From a candidate division WOR-3 bacterium (GTDB lineage: Bacteria; Hydrothermota; Hydrothermia; JBDRYB01): a DNA stretch of 21,246 nucleotides. The position numbers were made by a program, and so were the translations under genes. The notes beneath the pieces were generated by a model, which had not been told where the DNA came from, ran no database searches, and worked only from the letters and a program-made list of their open reading frames with translations. The stretch lies in the NCBI GenBank assembly GCA_039803205.1, contig JBDRYB010000030.1, positions 1-21,246 on the forward strand, in the 5' to 3' direction. Positions 1 to 7,787 of this stretch are shown here, in pieces (position 1 is the stretch's first letter; each line of letters starts with the position of its first letter).

Positions 1-64
1 CCTCAGCCACCTGTTCAAGCACATACTTCATCTCTCGGTCCGTCCTTTCCTTTCCTTTAACCAT
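1..64 (-). CDS. 5' end of a hypothetical protein running off the window (MVKGKERTDREMKYVLEQVAE...)
   Basis: Read by hand: ATG at 64, open to the edge, GGAGG SD just upstream, candidate promoter at 106-135. Confidence 0.45.
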   Translation of the reverse strand, partial: MVKGKERTDREMKYVLEQVAE

Positions 65-105
65 CCGGCATGCCTCCCAGGCCTCCCAAAAATGGTAAGA
101 GGCAA

Positions 106-135
106 ATGATATTATCCCACATATAGCCGTGTCAA
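106..135 (-). promoter_or_regulatory. Candidate sigma70 promoter TTGACA-N18-TATCAT
   Basis: Minus strand: TTGACA (135-130), 18 nt, TATCAT (111-106), upstream of the edge ORF. Confidence 0.45.
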
Positions 136-141
136 GTATTA

Positions 142-221
142 GCTAAGTCCGTGGCGCTCAAGGACTTAGCGGATTTCAAACTCTGTAATCCTTACCCGGC
201 CATAGATTTAGGGATTGCAGA
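142..221. repeat. Two adjacent inverted repeats
   Basis: GCTAAGTCC(142-150)-N11-GGACTTAGC(162-170), perfect; TCTGTAATCC(182-191)...GGATTGCAGA(212-221), one T-G mismatch. Confidence 0.6.
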
Positions 222-310
222 TCGCCGTAGGCCTTGTCGTTGCTGAAACAAATCAGTTTTAACCACGGTATAATGGTGGCAAATTCCGGCCTTTTTCGGC
301 CAAAAGCAAG

Positions 311-1885
311 CTATCTGATGATAAAAGTGGAGGTAAGAAGCTCGTCCCCAGCCGTGAGCCTCCCAAAGTAGACCCCTGGCTTAAGCCAGGATAAAGAAAA
401 GGGATGCTGTCCCGGACCCAAAAGAGCGCCCTCAATTGGTCTCCCGATCAGGCGTCCGGAAGGATCGTATAAAGAAAGAGATACACTGCTGGGTTCTCCG
501 AGCCTTAGGATCAGGCATCCTCCATCAAAGACCAAGTTGGGCCCGGACCCAGATTCGGTCTCATGAGCGCCCTCGTATAGAGCGCATACCTCGTATTGGA
601 GGAAGGTCCCAATGGTGACTATTGGGTTTATGTTCTGCCAGGCGCCGCTCGTTGAGATAGGGGGGTTATTGATTTCAACAATGTTAGGGGTGAACGGACG
701 GACCCCTGGAGTCCACGGCTGACCCCAACAGTTCGTTCCATCGCTTATGAACTTCGCGGCCAGCACCTCATCCCCTCCGACCCCCCAGGAATTGGACTCC
801 CCTACCCAAGCGTATCCCCCATCTGTGGTTGCGGTTATTCCCCAGCCGTTCTCAAAGTTTGGGCCTCCAACATAATTTCCCCAGAGGAACCCTCCAGAAG
901 GATCGAGCTTCGCGCTTACAACGCTCCAGGCATTGCCAGGGTCCTGTCTGTTTCCTACCATTGCATAGCCTCCGTCGGTTGTCTGATCAACCGCTATGCC
1001 CTCGTCGTAGTTGGGGCCACCTATGGCGTTTGACCACTGCCAGTTCCCGTTCACATCAAACTTTGTTATCATCATGTCCCTTGAACCATTGCCCCAGCTC
1101 TCAACGAGGCCGCCGACCATGAATCCACCATCCGCGAGGTTCGTGATGGAGGTTCCTCTTTCGGTTGAACCCCCTCCAAAAACTTTCATCCAGATGAGGT
1201 TGCCGCTGGGATCAAACTTGGCTATAAAAGCGTCATCGCCCCCTGAGCCCCATGTGTTCGTGAACCCCGCCACGATGTAGTTCCCGTCCGATGCCTCCAC
1301 GATGTCCCAGGCCTCGTCATCGTTGAGGCCTTGTATTGCCCTCATCCAGATAAGGCCTCCGGTTGAGTTCAGCTTTGCGACGAGCGCCTCATCCTGAGCG
1401 CCAACTGTCCGTATCCCAGCTATGATGATGGAGCCATCGGAACACTCATAGACAGCGTTCGCTATCTCGTTTAGGGTTGCGGTTCCCACAGCTGATGCCC
1501 AGATGATCGTCCCGTCTGGAGCGATCTTAGAGACAAAGACATCGGATTGGCCTGGCCCCATGCTCCTCGTGAACCCAGCGAATATGTAATTGCCATCTGA
1601 TGTCTCTATGAGGTCATAAGCCCCATCCCTCGCGTTTCCACCGTATGCCCTTGACCACAATATCAAACCCAGACTGTTAAGCTTGATTATGAAGGCGTCA
1701 TCCTGGCCAGCGCCAAAAGACTGGGTTACACCTGCCACGAGGTATTCTCCGGTTGAGAGTTGAGCTATTCCCCTACCCACATCGCCATTGCTCCCACCAA
1801 TAGCCCTAACCCAATTAATGCCTTGGGCATATAGAGATCCTCCGCCTATAATCAGGACGCTCCAAAATATTTTCTTCATGTTCAT
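311..1885 (-). CDS. Secreted 7-repeat beta-propeller protein with T9SS type A-like C-terminal sorting domain
   Basis: Signal peptide MNMKKIFWSVLIIGGGSLYA|Q; seven ~52-aa repeats (WxRAxGG..D....DGxY.vaG.T.SfG.G..D....K.d..G); C-terminus SLYDPSGRL...LKPGVYFGRL...TFIIR. Confidence 0.85.
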   Translation of the reverse strand: MNMKKIFWSVLIIGGGSLYAQGINWVRAIGGSNGDVGRGIAQLSTGEYLVAGVTQSFGAGQDDAFIIKLNSLGLILWSRAYGGNARDGAYDLIETSDGNYIFAGFTRSMGPGQSDVFVSKIAPDGTIIWASAVGTATLNEIANAVYECSDGSIIIAGIRTVGAQDEALVAKLNSTGGLIWMRAIQGLNDDEAWDIVEASDGNYIVAGFTNTWGSGGDDAFIAKFDPSGNLIWMKVFGGGSTERGTSITNLADGGFMVGGLVESWGNGSRDMMITKFDVNGNWQWSNAIGGPNYDEGIAVDQTTDGGYAMVGNRQDPGNAWSVVSAKLDPSGGFLWGNYVGGPNFENGWGITATTDGGYAWVGESNSWGVGGDEVLAAKFISDGTNCWGQPWTPGVRPFTPNIVEINNPPISTSGAWQNINPIVTIGTFLQYEVCALYEGAHETESGSGPNLVFDGGCLILRLGEPSSVSLSLYDPSGRLIGRPIEGALLGPGQHPFSLSWLKPGVYFGRLTAGDELLTSTFIIR

Positions 1886-1891
1886 GTGAAT

Positions 1892-1920
1892 ATTATAACT
1901 GATCGCGAGCGTTTTGTCAA
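1892..1920 (-). promoter_or_regulatory. Perfect sigma70 promoter TTGACA-N17-TATAAT, 6 nt before the ATG (leaderless)
   Basis: TTGACA (1920-1915), TATAAT (1897-1892), ATTCAC, ATG at 1885; no SD. Confidence 0.85.
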
Positions 1921-1932
1921 GGGCGAAAACCT

Positions 1933-2530
1933 CTGAGATCTCACACTTTCCTCCCCCCTGAAACCCTTATCCTGCAAGACTCTCAAACCCTTGGGGCCGT
2001 AGTGGCCCAGGGAGGCCCTGAGGGATGAAAATATAATCCCGACCCCAAGGAGGAAGGGCCGGGAAAGGAGAAAAAATTATGTTCCTTTCTCCACAAGTAT
2101 CAAGCAAGCTGAAACTCTGGCTCAAGTCCATGGGGGCCAAAGAGGGTCTCGTCCTGGACAAGGTGCACCTCTGCATCATGAGGGCAATTGAGTATTCCCG
2201 CTCAAGCCTCGCATGGTGGGAGGCAAAGTCCGAGGTCAAAAGGGGCTTCCTCAAGGACATACGAGGGACTTGAGCATCTCAAGGCCAGGAACAAGGATGT
2301 GCTCAGAGGAATGATAAAGGCCATATTCCTCGCTTGCGCTTTCCTCATTCTCGTTGGTATGGCCATAGAACCCTTCGTCTCCACCTTCATACCCAGCCTT
2401 ACGAGCTACGAGAGGAGGTATAGCGTCTTCACCAAGGCACTCCTGTGTCTTGGCCGATTGCGAGGAGGATACGCCAGGCTATCCTGCATCAGAACCTGTT
2501 TCTGGGGGGTGAGAGTATGTGAGATCTCAG
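1933..2530 (+). mobile_element. 598-bp internally deleted, non-autonomous IS4-like element
   Basis: Terminal IRs CTGAGATCTCACA (1933-1945) / TGTGAGATCTCAG (2518-2530), extending imperfectly to ~32 bp (CCCCCC(T/A)GAAAC); encloses transposase fragments; no target duplication seen. Confidence 0.7.
2079..2530 (+). pseudogene. Deleted and frameshifted IS4-like DDE transposase remnant
   Basis: AGGAG SD + ATG 2079; frame ends ...RGFLKDI and, after a shift near 2265, another frame gives GLEHLKARNKDVLRGMIKAIFLACAFLILVG...RRYSVFTKAL, resembling an IS4-family C-terminal region; far too short for a catalytic core. Confidence 0.55.
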
Positions 2531-2542
2531 GGCCCGTTTTTC

Positions 2543-2571
2543 TTGACAAATTTCCTGGGATAGGTTATAAT
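2543..2571 (+). promoter_or_regulatory. Perfect sigma70 promoter of uvrB, TTGACA-N17-TATAAT (leaderless)
   Basis: TTGACA 2543-2548, TATAAT 2566-2571, ATTAAT, ATG 2578; no SD. Confidence 0.85.
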
Positions 2572-2577
2572 ATTAAT

Positions 2578-5500
2578 ATGTTGGAGAAAAGGGGGTTTGA
2601 GCTTGAGGCTCCTTATAAACCTACAGGGGATCAGCCCAAAGCCATTCGGGAGCTGGTTGAAAGGATAAGATCAGGGGAGCGATATTCTGTTCTCCTGGGC
2701 GCAACCGGCACCGGCAAGAGCGTTCCCGGAGATACCCTTGTGCTTCTTTTGATTAATGGTGCTTTGAAGATGGTTCCAATAGGGGATTTTGTTGATGAGC
2801 TCATTCTGGGCGGGAAAAACCGGAGCGCAGTAGTGAATATCTCGGGCGTATCCTGTCTCGCTTTTGATCCGGCCACACAAGATGTCTCTTTCAGCCCAGT
2901 CTCCTCGTTCAGCCGGCACCCATCGCCGGACCATCTCATCCGGATAAGGACAAACACAGGGCTTTCTGTTGATGTCACCCCTGATCACTCGGTCTGGGTT
3001 CTCCGGAACGAGGGCCTTGTCCTGGAAAGGGGGGATGGGATCGCTCCAGGGGATTACATTCCCGGCAACAGGGGCATTCCTGCCCTTGTTCTTGAGAACC
3101 AGGGATTCCTGGACATCACGGAAATATTGAAGGATGCAAACCTGAGGGTTGAGTTTCGGGGAAGATCCTGGAGCATGCGGGAGTTCCACGCGCTAAGGCA
3201 AAAGGAGGGGCTTGGCCTTGAAGATCTGAGGAACGCTAGGGTAGTAGGCCTTATGGGGAAATCGCTTCCCGGGGTCATTCCAGCCGGGCCTTCAATGTCG
3301 AGGCTACTCGGCTATCTTCACTCGGTCCACTTCCTGCAGAACAGGTATCTGAATTTCCCAACGAAGAGGCCGTGGGTGGCCGAGAAGATCGGCTCTTTGC
3401 TTTCGGAAATGGGCCTGCCCACGGGCAAACAGAGGCCAAGGGGTTTGTATCAGGTCTCTTCCCGTGCCCTTTGGGAGCTGGCCGCGCGGCTTGTGGGGGT
3501 CCGCTCTGAAAGGCGTCCTCCCTGTCCTATCATATGCCCCGCGGCTCACGCCCCAGCCTTTCTGGCCGCGGTAATAGAATCATCCGGAAGGATAAACAGC
3601 CGCGCGTTTTGGCTCAGCCCGAAGCATCATGGGGCTTTGGTTTGCCTTGAATGCGCCTTATCCCTTCTAGGAATAGGATACAGGGTCCTTCCCCCGGTTG
3701 GAAAGCGCGGCTATTTCAAGCTTATCGTGAATAGAAGGCAAGATGTCCTAGCTCTTGCTGGCCTTAGTGGGCTTGAGGGCGAGATCTCCCGAGAGCTGAG
3801 GGCTCTCGCGGAAAGGCTTCCTGATGGCGGTGAGCCCGAGCCCATTCCCGGAAAGTCCATCTGCTCGGAGAGGAGGCGTCTCGGCCTAACACAGGCCCAT
3901 GTAGCTGAGAGGGCTGGTTTGAGCATCGCGCAGATAAGCCATATTGAGAAGGGAAGGACGAGATACCTCAGAGGAGGGATAGCCAAACTCAGGGAATTCC
4001 TTCCCGCCGGCCTCAGGAACCTTGATAACCTCCGGTGGCACAGGGTAATATCAACCGAAAAGATCAAACCACGAGGGCAATTTGTATACGACCTTTCCGT
4101 CCCTGGCAAAGAGACATTCCTCGCGGGATACCCAGGGCTTTTCGTCCACAACACATTTACAATTGCTAATGTGATAAAGGAACTTGGCCTCCCCACCCTC
4201 GTCATCTCCCACAACAAAACCCTCGCCGCCCAGCTATACGGGGAGTTTAGGGGCTTTTTCCCAAGGAACGCTGTTGAGTATTTCATAAGCTACTACGATT
4301 ATTACATGCCTGAGGCATACATTCCCGAGACCGACACCTATGTTCCGAAGGAAGCTGACATAAACGAGAGGATAGAGCGCCTAAGGCTGAGAACCGCGGC
4401 ATCCCTGCTCTCGCGGAGGGATGTGATTGTCGTTGCTTCCGTTTCCTGCATATATTCCCTGGGCGACCCTGAGGAGATGAGGGAGGAGTTCATCATGTTG
4501 AAAAAGGGGGATGAGTATGACATTCAGGAGCTCTCAAGGAAACTCGTTCACCTTCAGTATGAGCGAACGACCGGCAGCTTGTCTAGGGGGAAGTTCAGGC
4601 TCAAGGGAGATACCCTGGACATCATCCCAGCATATGAGGAAGACCTCTGGCGCCTGGAGTTCTTTGGCACGAGGCTTGAGAGGATAACGGTCCGGGATCC
4701 GCTCAGCATGAGGATCAAAAACGAGCCAGAAATGGTCTCCGTTTATCCTGCCGCGCACTTTCTCGTCGCAAGGCCACGCCTTGAGGAGGCGCTCAAATCA
4801 ATAGAGGAGGAGCTCAGGGAGAGACTAGAGGAGCTTGAAAGGGAGGCAAAACTACTTGAGGCACAACGCCTGAAACAAAGAACCCTGTTTGACCTTGAGA
4901 TGCTCAGAGAAATAGGTTACTGCCACGGGATCGAGAACTACTCAAGACACCTTTCGGGAAGGGCACCCGGCGAGAGGCCGAAATGCCTAATTGATTATTT
5001 TCCGAGGCCATTTCTCACGGTGATTGACGAATCGCATGTGACCGTGCCGCAGATAGAGGGGATGTATGAGGGAGACAGGTCAAGGAAAGAGATACTGGTT
5101 GAACACGGCTTCAGGCTTCCCTCCTGTCTTGACAACAGGCCCTTGAAGTTTCAAGAGTTTGAGGAGCTCGTTGGCCCTGTTATATTCATGTCCGCAACCC
5201 CTGGCCCTTACGAGCTTGAGAAGACCTGTGGCGTCATAACCGAACAGATAATAAGGCCAACGGGCCTGGTTGACCCTGAGATGGAGATAAGGCCGACTGA
5301 GGGGCAGATAGACGATATTCTGAACGAGATAGCCAGAGCAACCGATGCTGGCCAGCGCGTTCTCATTACAACCCTTACCAAGCGCTCGGCCGAGGAGCTT
5401 TCCGCGTTCCTTAGGGATATGGGGATAAAGGCTGATTACATCCACTCAGAGCTGGACGCCATGGAGCGGGTCAGGGTCCTAAGAGACCTTAGGCTTGGGA

Positions 5501-6057
5501 AGATAAATGTTCTCGTTGGGGTTAATCTCCTCCGTGAGGGGCTTGACCTCCCTGAGGTCTCTTTGGTGATAATAACGGATGCTGAGCGGACAGGCTTCCT
5601 AAGGTCCTATACATCCTTGATACAGACAGCCGGGAGGGCCGCGAGAAACCTCGCTGGCAAGGTTATACTCTACGCGGATGAGATAACACCAGCGATGGAG
5701 AAGGCAATAGCTGAGACAGCAAGGCGCAGGCAGCTCCAGCTCAGATATAACGAGGAACACGGCATAATTCCTCGTTCAATAGTGAAAAGCCCTGAGGAGG
5801 TAATGGCAACCACAGGTGTGCTTGAGGAAGCGGAGATACCGGAACCGGACACCCAGGAGGCTGAACACATAGCCCAGGAGGTGATCAGATCGCACACGAG
5901 GCCGGACGCCTTAGCCGAGCTTGAAAGGCTGATGAACGAGGCCGCTGAGAGGCTTGATTTTGAAGCCGCGGCCGTGTTCAGGGACGCGATGAGAGAGCTT
6001 TTGAATAAGCCGGCAAGCAAAAACCCCATCCGAGAGAGAAATGAGGATGTGCGGTAG
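2578..6057 (+). CDS. uvrB: Excinuclease ABC subunit B, intein-containing (1159-aa precursor, 681 aa after splicing)
   Basis: FELEAPYKPTGDQPKAI, Walker A GATGTGK/TFT, HNKTLAAQLY, SYYDYYMPEAY, DESH, SATPG, NLLREGLDLPEV, QTAGRAARN, C-terminal UVR domain (LDFEAAAVFRD). Start moved from 2188 to 2578. Confidence 0.97.
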   Translation: MLEKRGFELEAPYKPTGDQPKAIRELVERIRSGERYSVLLGATGTGKSVPGDTLVLLLINGALKMVPIGDFVDELILGGKNRSAVVNISGVSCLAFDPATQDVSFSPVSSFSRHPSPDHLIRIRTNTGLSVDVTPDHSVWVLRNEGLVLERGDGIAPGDYIPGNRGIPALVLENQGFLDITEILKDANLRVEFRGRSWSMREFHALRQKEGLGLEDLRNARVVGLMGKSLPGVIPAGPSMSRLLGYLHSVHFLQNRYLNFPTKRPWVAEKIGSLLSEMGLPTGKQRPRGLYQVSSRALWELAARLVGVRSERRPPCPIICPAAHAPAFLAAVIESSGRINSRAFWLSPKHHGALVCLECALSLLGIGYRVLPPVGKRGYFKLIVNRRQDVLALAGLSGLEGEISRELRALAERLPDGGEPEPIPGKSICSERRRLGLTQAHVAERAGLSIAQISHIEKGRTRYLRGGIAKLREFLPAGLRNLDNLRWHRVISTEKIKPRGQFVYDLSVPGKETFLAGYPGLFVHNTFTIANVIKELGLPTLVISHNKTLAAQLYGEFRGFFPRNAVEYFISYYDYYMPEAYIPETDTYVPKEADINERIERLRLRTAASLLSRRDVIVVASVSCIYSLGDPEEMREEFIMLKKGDEYDIQELSRKLVHLQYERTTGSLSRGKFRLKGDTLDIIPAYEEDLWRLEFFGTRLERITVRDPLSMRIKNEPEMVSVYPAAHFLVARPRLEEALKSIEEELRERLEELEREAKLLEAQRLKQRTLFDLEMLREIGYCHGIENYSRHLSGRAPGERPKCLIDYFPRPFLTVIDESHVTVPQIEGMYEGDRSRKEILVEHGFRLPSCLDNRPLKFQEFEELVGPVIFMSATPGPYELEKTCGVITEQIIRPTGLVDPEMEIRPTEGQIDDILNEIARATDAGQRVLITTLTKRSAEELSAFLRDMGIKADYIHSELDAMERVRVLRDLRLGKINVLVGVNLLREGLDLPEVSLVIITDAERTGFLRSYTSLIQTAGRAARNLAGKVILYADEITPAMEKAIAETARRRQLQLRYNEEHGIIPRSIVKSPEEVMATTGVLEEAEIPEPDTQEAEHIAQEVIRSHTRPDALAELERLMNEAAERLDFEAAAVFRDAMRELLNKPASKNPIRERNEDVR
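2719..4152 (+). mobile_element. Intein (478 aa) in the UvrB P-loop with degenerate LAGLIDADG region and XRE HTH
   Basis: GTGK|SVPGDTLV (Ser1); block B VTPDHSVWV; block F VYDLSVPGKETFLAG; block G LFVHN|T. Removal restores GATGTGKTFTIANVI. Confidence 0.95.
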
Positions 6058-6264
6058 ACACCTCCTCGGGGAGCACAACGGAGGCAAGGGTTCCGGCATC
6101 TCTCTCCGTTGCCTGACTTTGAGGAGTTCTCGGCCGGTTTGGTTGATGTTCGGGCCAACGAGGAGGAGCTGAGACGGAGGTGTTCACGATGCAGATTCTG
6201 ATGAAACGGGAGCCCTGATAAGCTGATCTTCGCGCGATAAATGGTTTATAATATTGGTGTTATC

Positions 6265-7062
6265 ATGGATCCTGATCGTAGAGAGAAAACTCCGCAACGC
6301 AAAACCACCCTTGAGGTCTCCCTCATAGGTTCGGAGTTTGACAGGTATCATCTTGAGAACGCGGAACGCTACAAGCCGGGGGAGTTCCTCTGGATAAGGG
6401 AGCCGGGCGCTGATCAGGAGATCCTGGTTAAGGTAAGGGGGGTCTCATCAGCCCCCGCTGAGAAAACCCTCGCGTCGGTCCGATACGCGGCCCCTGACAG
6501 GGTAAAGGCGCTCATGCTCAACATAATAAAGGGATACCTTTTCGCCTCTGGTTATAAGGATATCTTAATATCCGGAGGCACGATTGATGTCCAGCAGGGC
6601 CATCTTTTGGTCAGGTTCGTGTCGGACGAAAAGGAGGACCTCAGGCCCCTGGGCCCGAAACTCGCCAAGATACTCCATGTGAAGGTTGAGTTCCTGCAAA
6701 TAGGAGCGAGGGATAGGGCAAAGGAGATAGGGGGGCTCGGAAGGTGTGGGCTTGAGATGTGCTGCAAGAGGTTTCTCTCCGAGATGCCATCGGTGACATT
6801 GACCATGGCCAGAAAGCAGTATCTTTTCGCGGCGCCGGACAAGCTCTCAGGCACATGCGGGCGACTCATATGCTGTCTCAGATACGAGATGGAATTCTAT
6901 GAGGAGATGGCGGAACGGCTTCCGGCTCTTGGGGCGATGGTCATGGTTGGGGAGAGAGAGGGTGAGGTCGTGGAGGTTAATCCAATAAAGAATTATTACA
7001 AGGTTCGCTTTCCGGGGGGCGCGGAGGAGAAAGTGGAACTCAGGGAATCTCAGGAACCCTGA
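6265..7062 (+). CDS. ricT: PSP1-domain / RicT (YaaT)-like Fe-S protein
   Basis: QIGARDRAKEIGGLGRCGLEMCC...KLSGTCGRLICCLRYE motif. Start placed at ATG 6265, downstream of TATAAT 6247-6252. Confidence 0.85.
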   Translation: MDPDRREKTPQRKTTLEVSLIGSEFDRYHLENAERYKPGEFLWIREPGADQEILVKVRGVSSAPAEKTLASVRYAAPDRVKALMLNIIKGYLFASGYKDILISGGTIDVQQGHLLVRFVSDEKEDLRPLGPKLAKILHVKVEFLQIGARDRAKEIGGLGRCGLEMCCKRFLSEMPSVTLTMARKQYLFAAPDKLSGTCGRLICCLRYEMEFYEEMAERLPALGAMVMVGEREGEVVEVNPIKNYYKVRFPGGAEEKVELRESQEP

Positions 7063-7100
7063 GAAGCTGGAAAACGGCCTTCCACACCGGCGTGTTCCAT

Positions 7101-7130
7101 TTGAATAGCCCCAACAATTTGGTTTATAAT
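7101..7130 (+). promoter_or_regulatory. sigma70 promoter TTGAAT-N18-TATAAT
   Basis: TTGAAT 7101-7106, TATAAT 7125-7130, ATG at 7140 after 9 nt; no SD. Confidence 0.7.
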
Positions 7131-7139
7131 GTCATTACC

Positions 7140-7787
7140 ATGGCAATAATATCCGAGAATGATAGGCTGGCTCTAACGGAGATGTTCAAGGAAACGCTCG
7201 TTGATCCCGTGAGTATGGCGTTCTTCAAGAGCCAGTCGTGCGAGTTCTGCGACGACATCCTTTCGCTTCTTACGGAGATAGCCGAGCTCTCTGATAAGAT
7301 AAAGCTAGAAGTGCACGATCTTGAGGAAGAAAAAGAGCTGGCAAGTGGCCTTGGCCTGGAATACGCGCCCGGCCTTGCAATACTCAAAGAAGGCAAGGAC
7401 TATGGGGTCATTTTCACGGGAGCGCCCTTCGGATACGAATTCACATCCCTCATAGAGGCAATAAAGATGATCTCCTCAGGGGACTCAGGCCTTGAGGATG
7501 AAGTGAAAGAAAGGATCAGGGTAATAGATAAGCCGGTCAGGATAAAAGTTTTCGTTACCCCATCCTGCCCATATTGCCCCAGGGCAGTCATAACAGCGCA
7601 CCGCTTTGCCTACGAGAACGAGAACATAGTCAGCGAGATGATAGAAGCCCAGGAATTCCCGGAGATATCTCAGCTATACAATGTCTACGCGGTGCCAAAG
7701 GTTGTCATAAACGAGACGGTTGAGTTTGAGGGCGCCCTGCCCGAGAAGCAGTTCCTTGAGTATATCTTGGACGCGGTTAAGGGATAG
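7140..7787 (+). CDS. Protein disulfide oxidoreductase (two thioredoxin folds; glutaredoxin-like / AhpF N-terminal-like)
   Basis: CEFC and CPYC motifs, GAPFGYEFTSLIE, FVTPSCPYCPRAV, VYAVPKVVIN, FEGALPE; 215 aa. Confidence 0.9.
   Translation: MAIISENDRLALTEMFKETLVDPVSMAFFKSQSCEFCDDILSLLTEIAELSDKIKLEVHDLEEEKELASGLGLEYAPGLAILKEGKDYGVIFTGAPFGYEFTSLIEAIKMISSGDSGLEDEVKERIRVIDKPVRIKVFVTPSCPYCPRAVITAHRFAYENENIVSEMIEAQEFPEISQLYNVYAVPKVVINETVEFEGALPEKQFLEYILDAVKG

Noticed and set aside
286..306. GGCC-N6-GGCC as terminator of the 311-1885 gene
   Set aside because: Short stem and no proper U-tract after it on the minus strand.
1922..2541. Target-site duplication around the 598-bp element
   Set aside because: Flanks share only GGC.
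2188..2577. 130-aa N-terminal extension of UvrB in the ORF track
   Set aside because: It is IS remnant plus promoter; UvrB similarity begins at ATG 2578.
2540..2580. LexA/SOS box at uvrB
   Set aside because: No recognisable SOS palindrome overlaps the promoter.
3711..4286. 191-aa antisense ORF and other shadow ORFs (e.g. 5670-6158, 15002-15568, 19405-20046)
   Set aside because: They lie opposite well-supported genes and have no recognisable motifs or translation signals.
6198..6240. CTGATGA hammerhead-like core
   Set aside because: No stem II followed by GAAA and no flanking stems.
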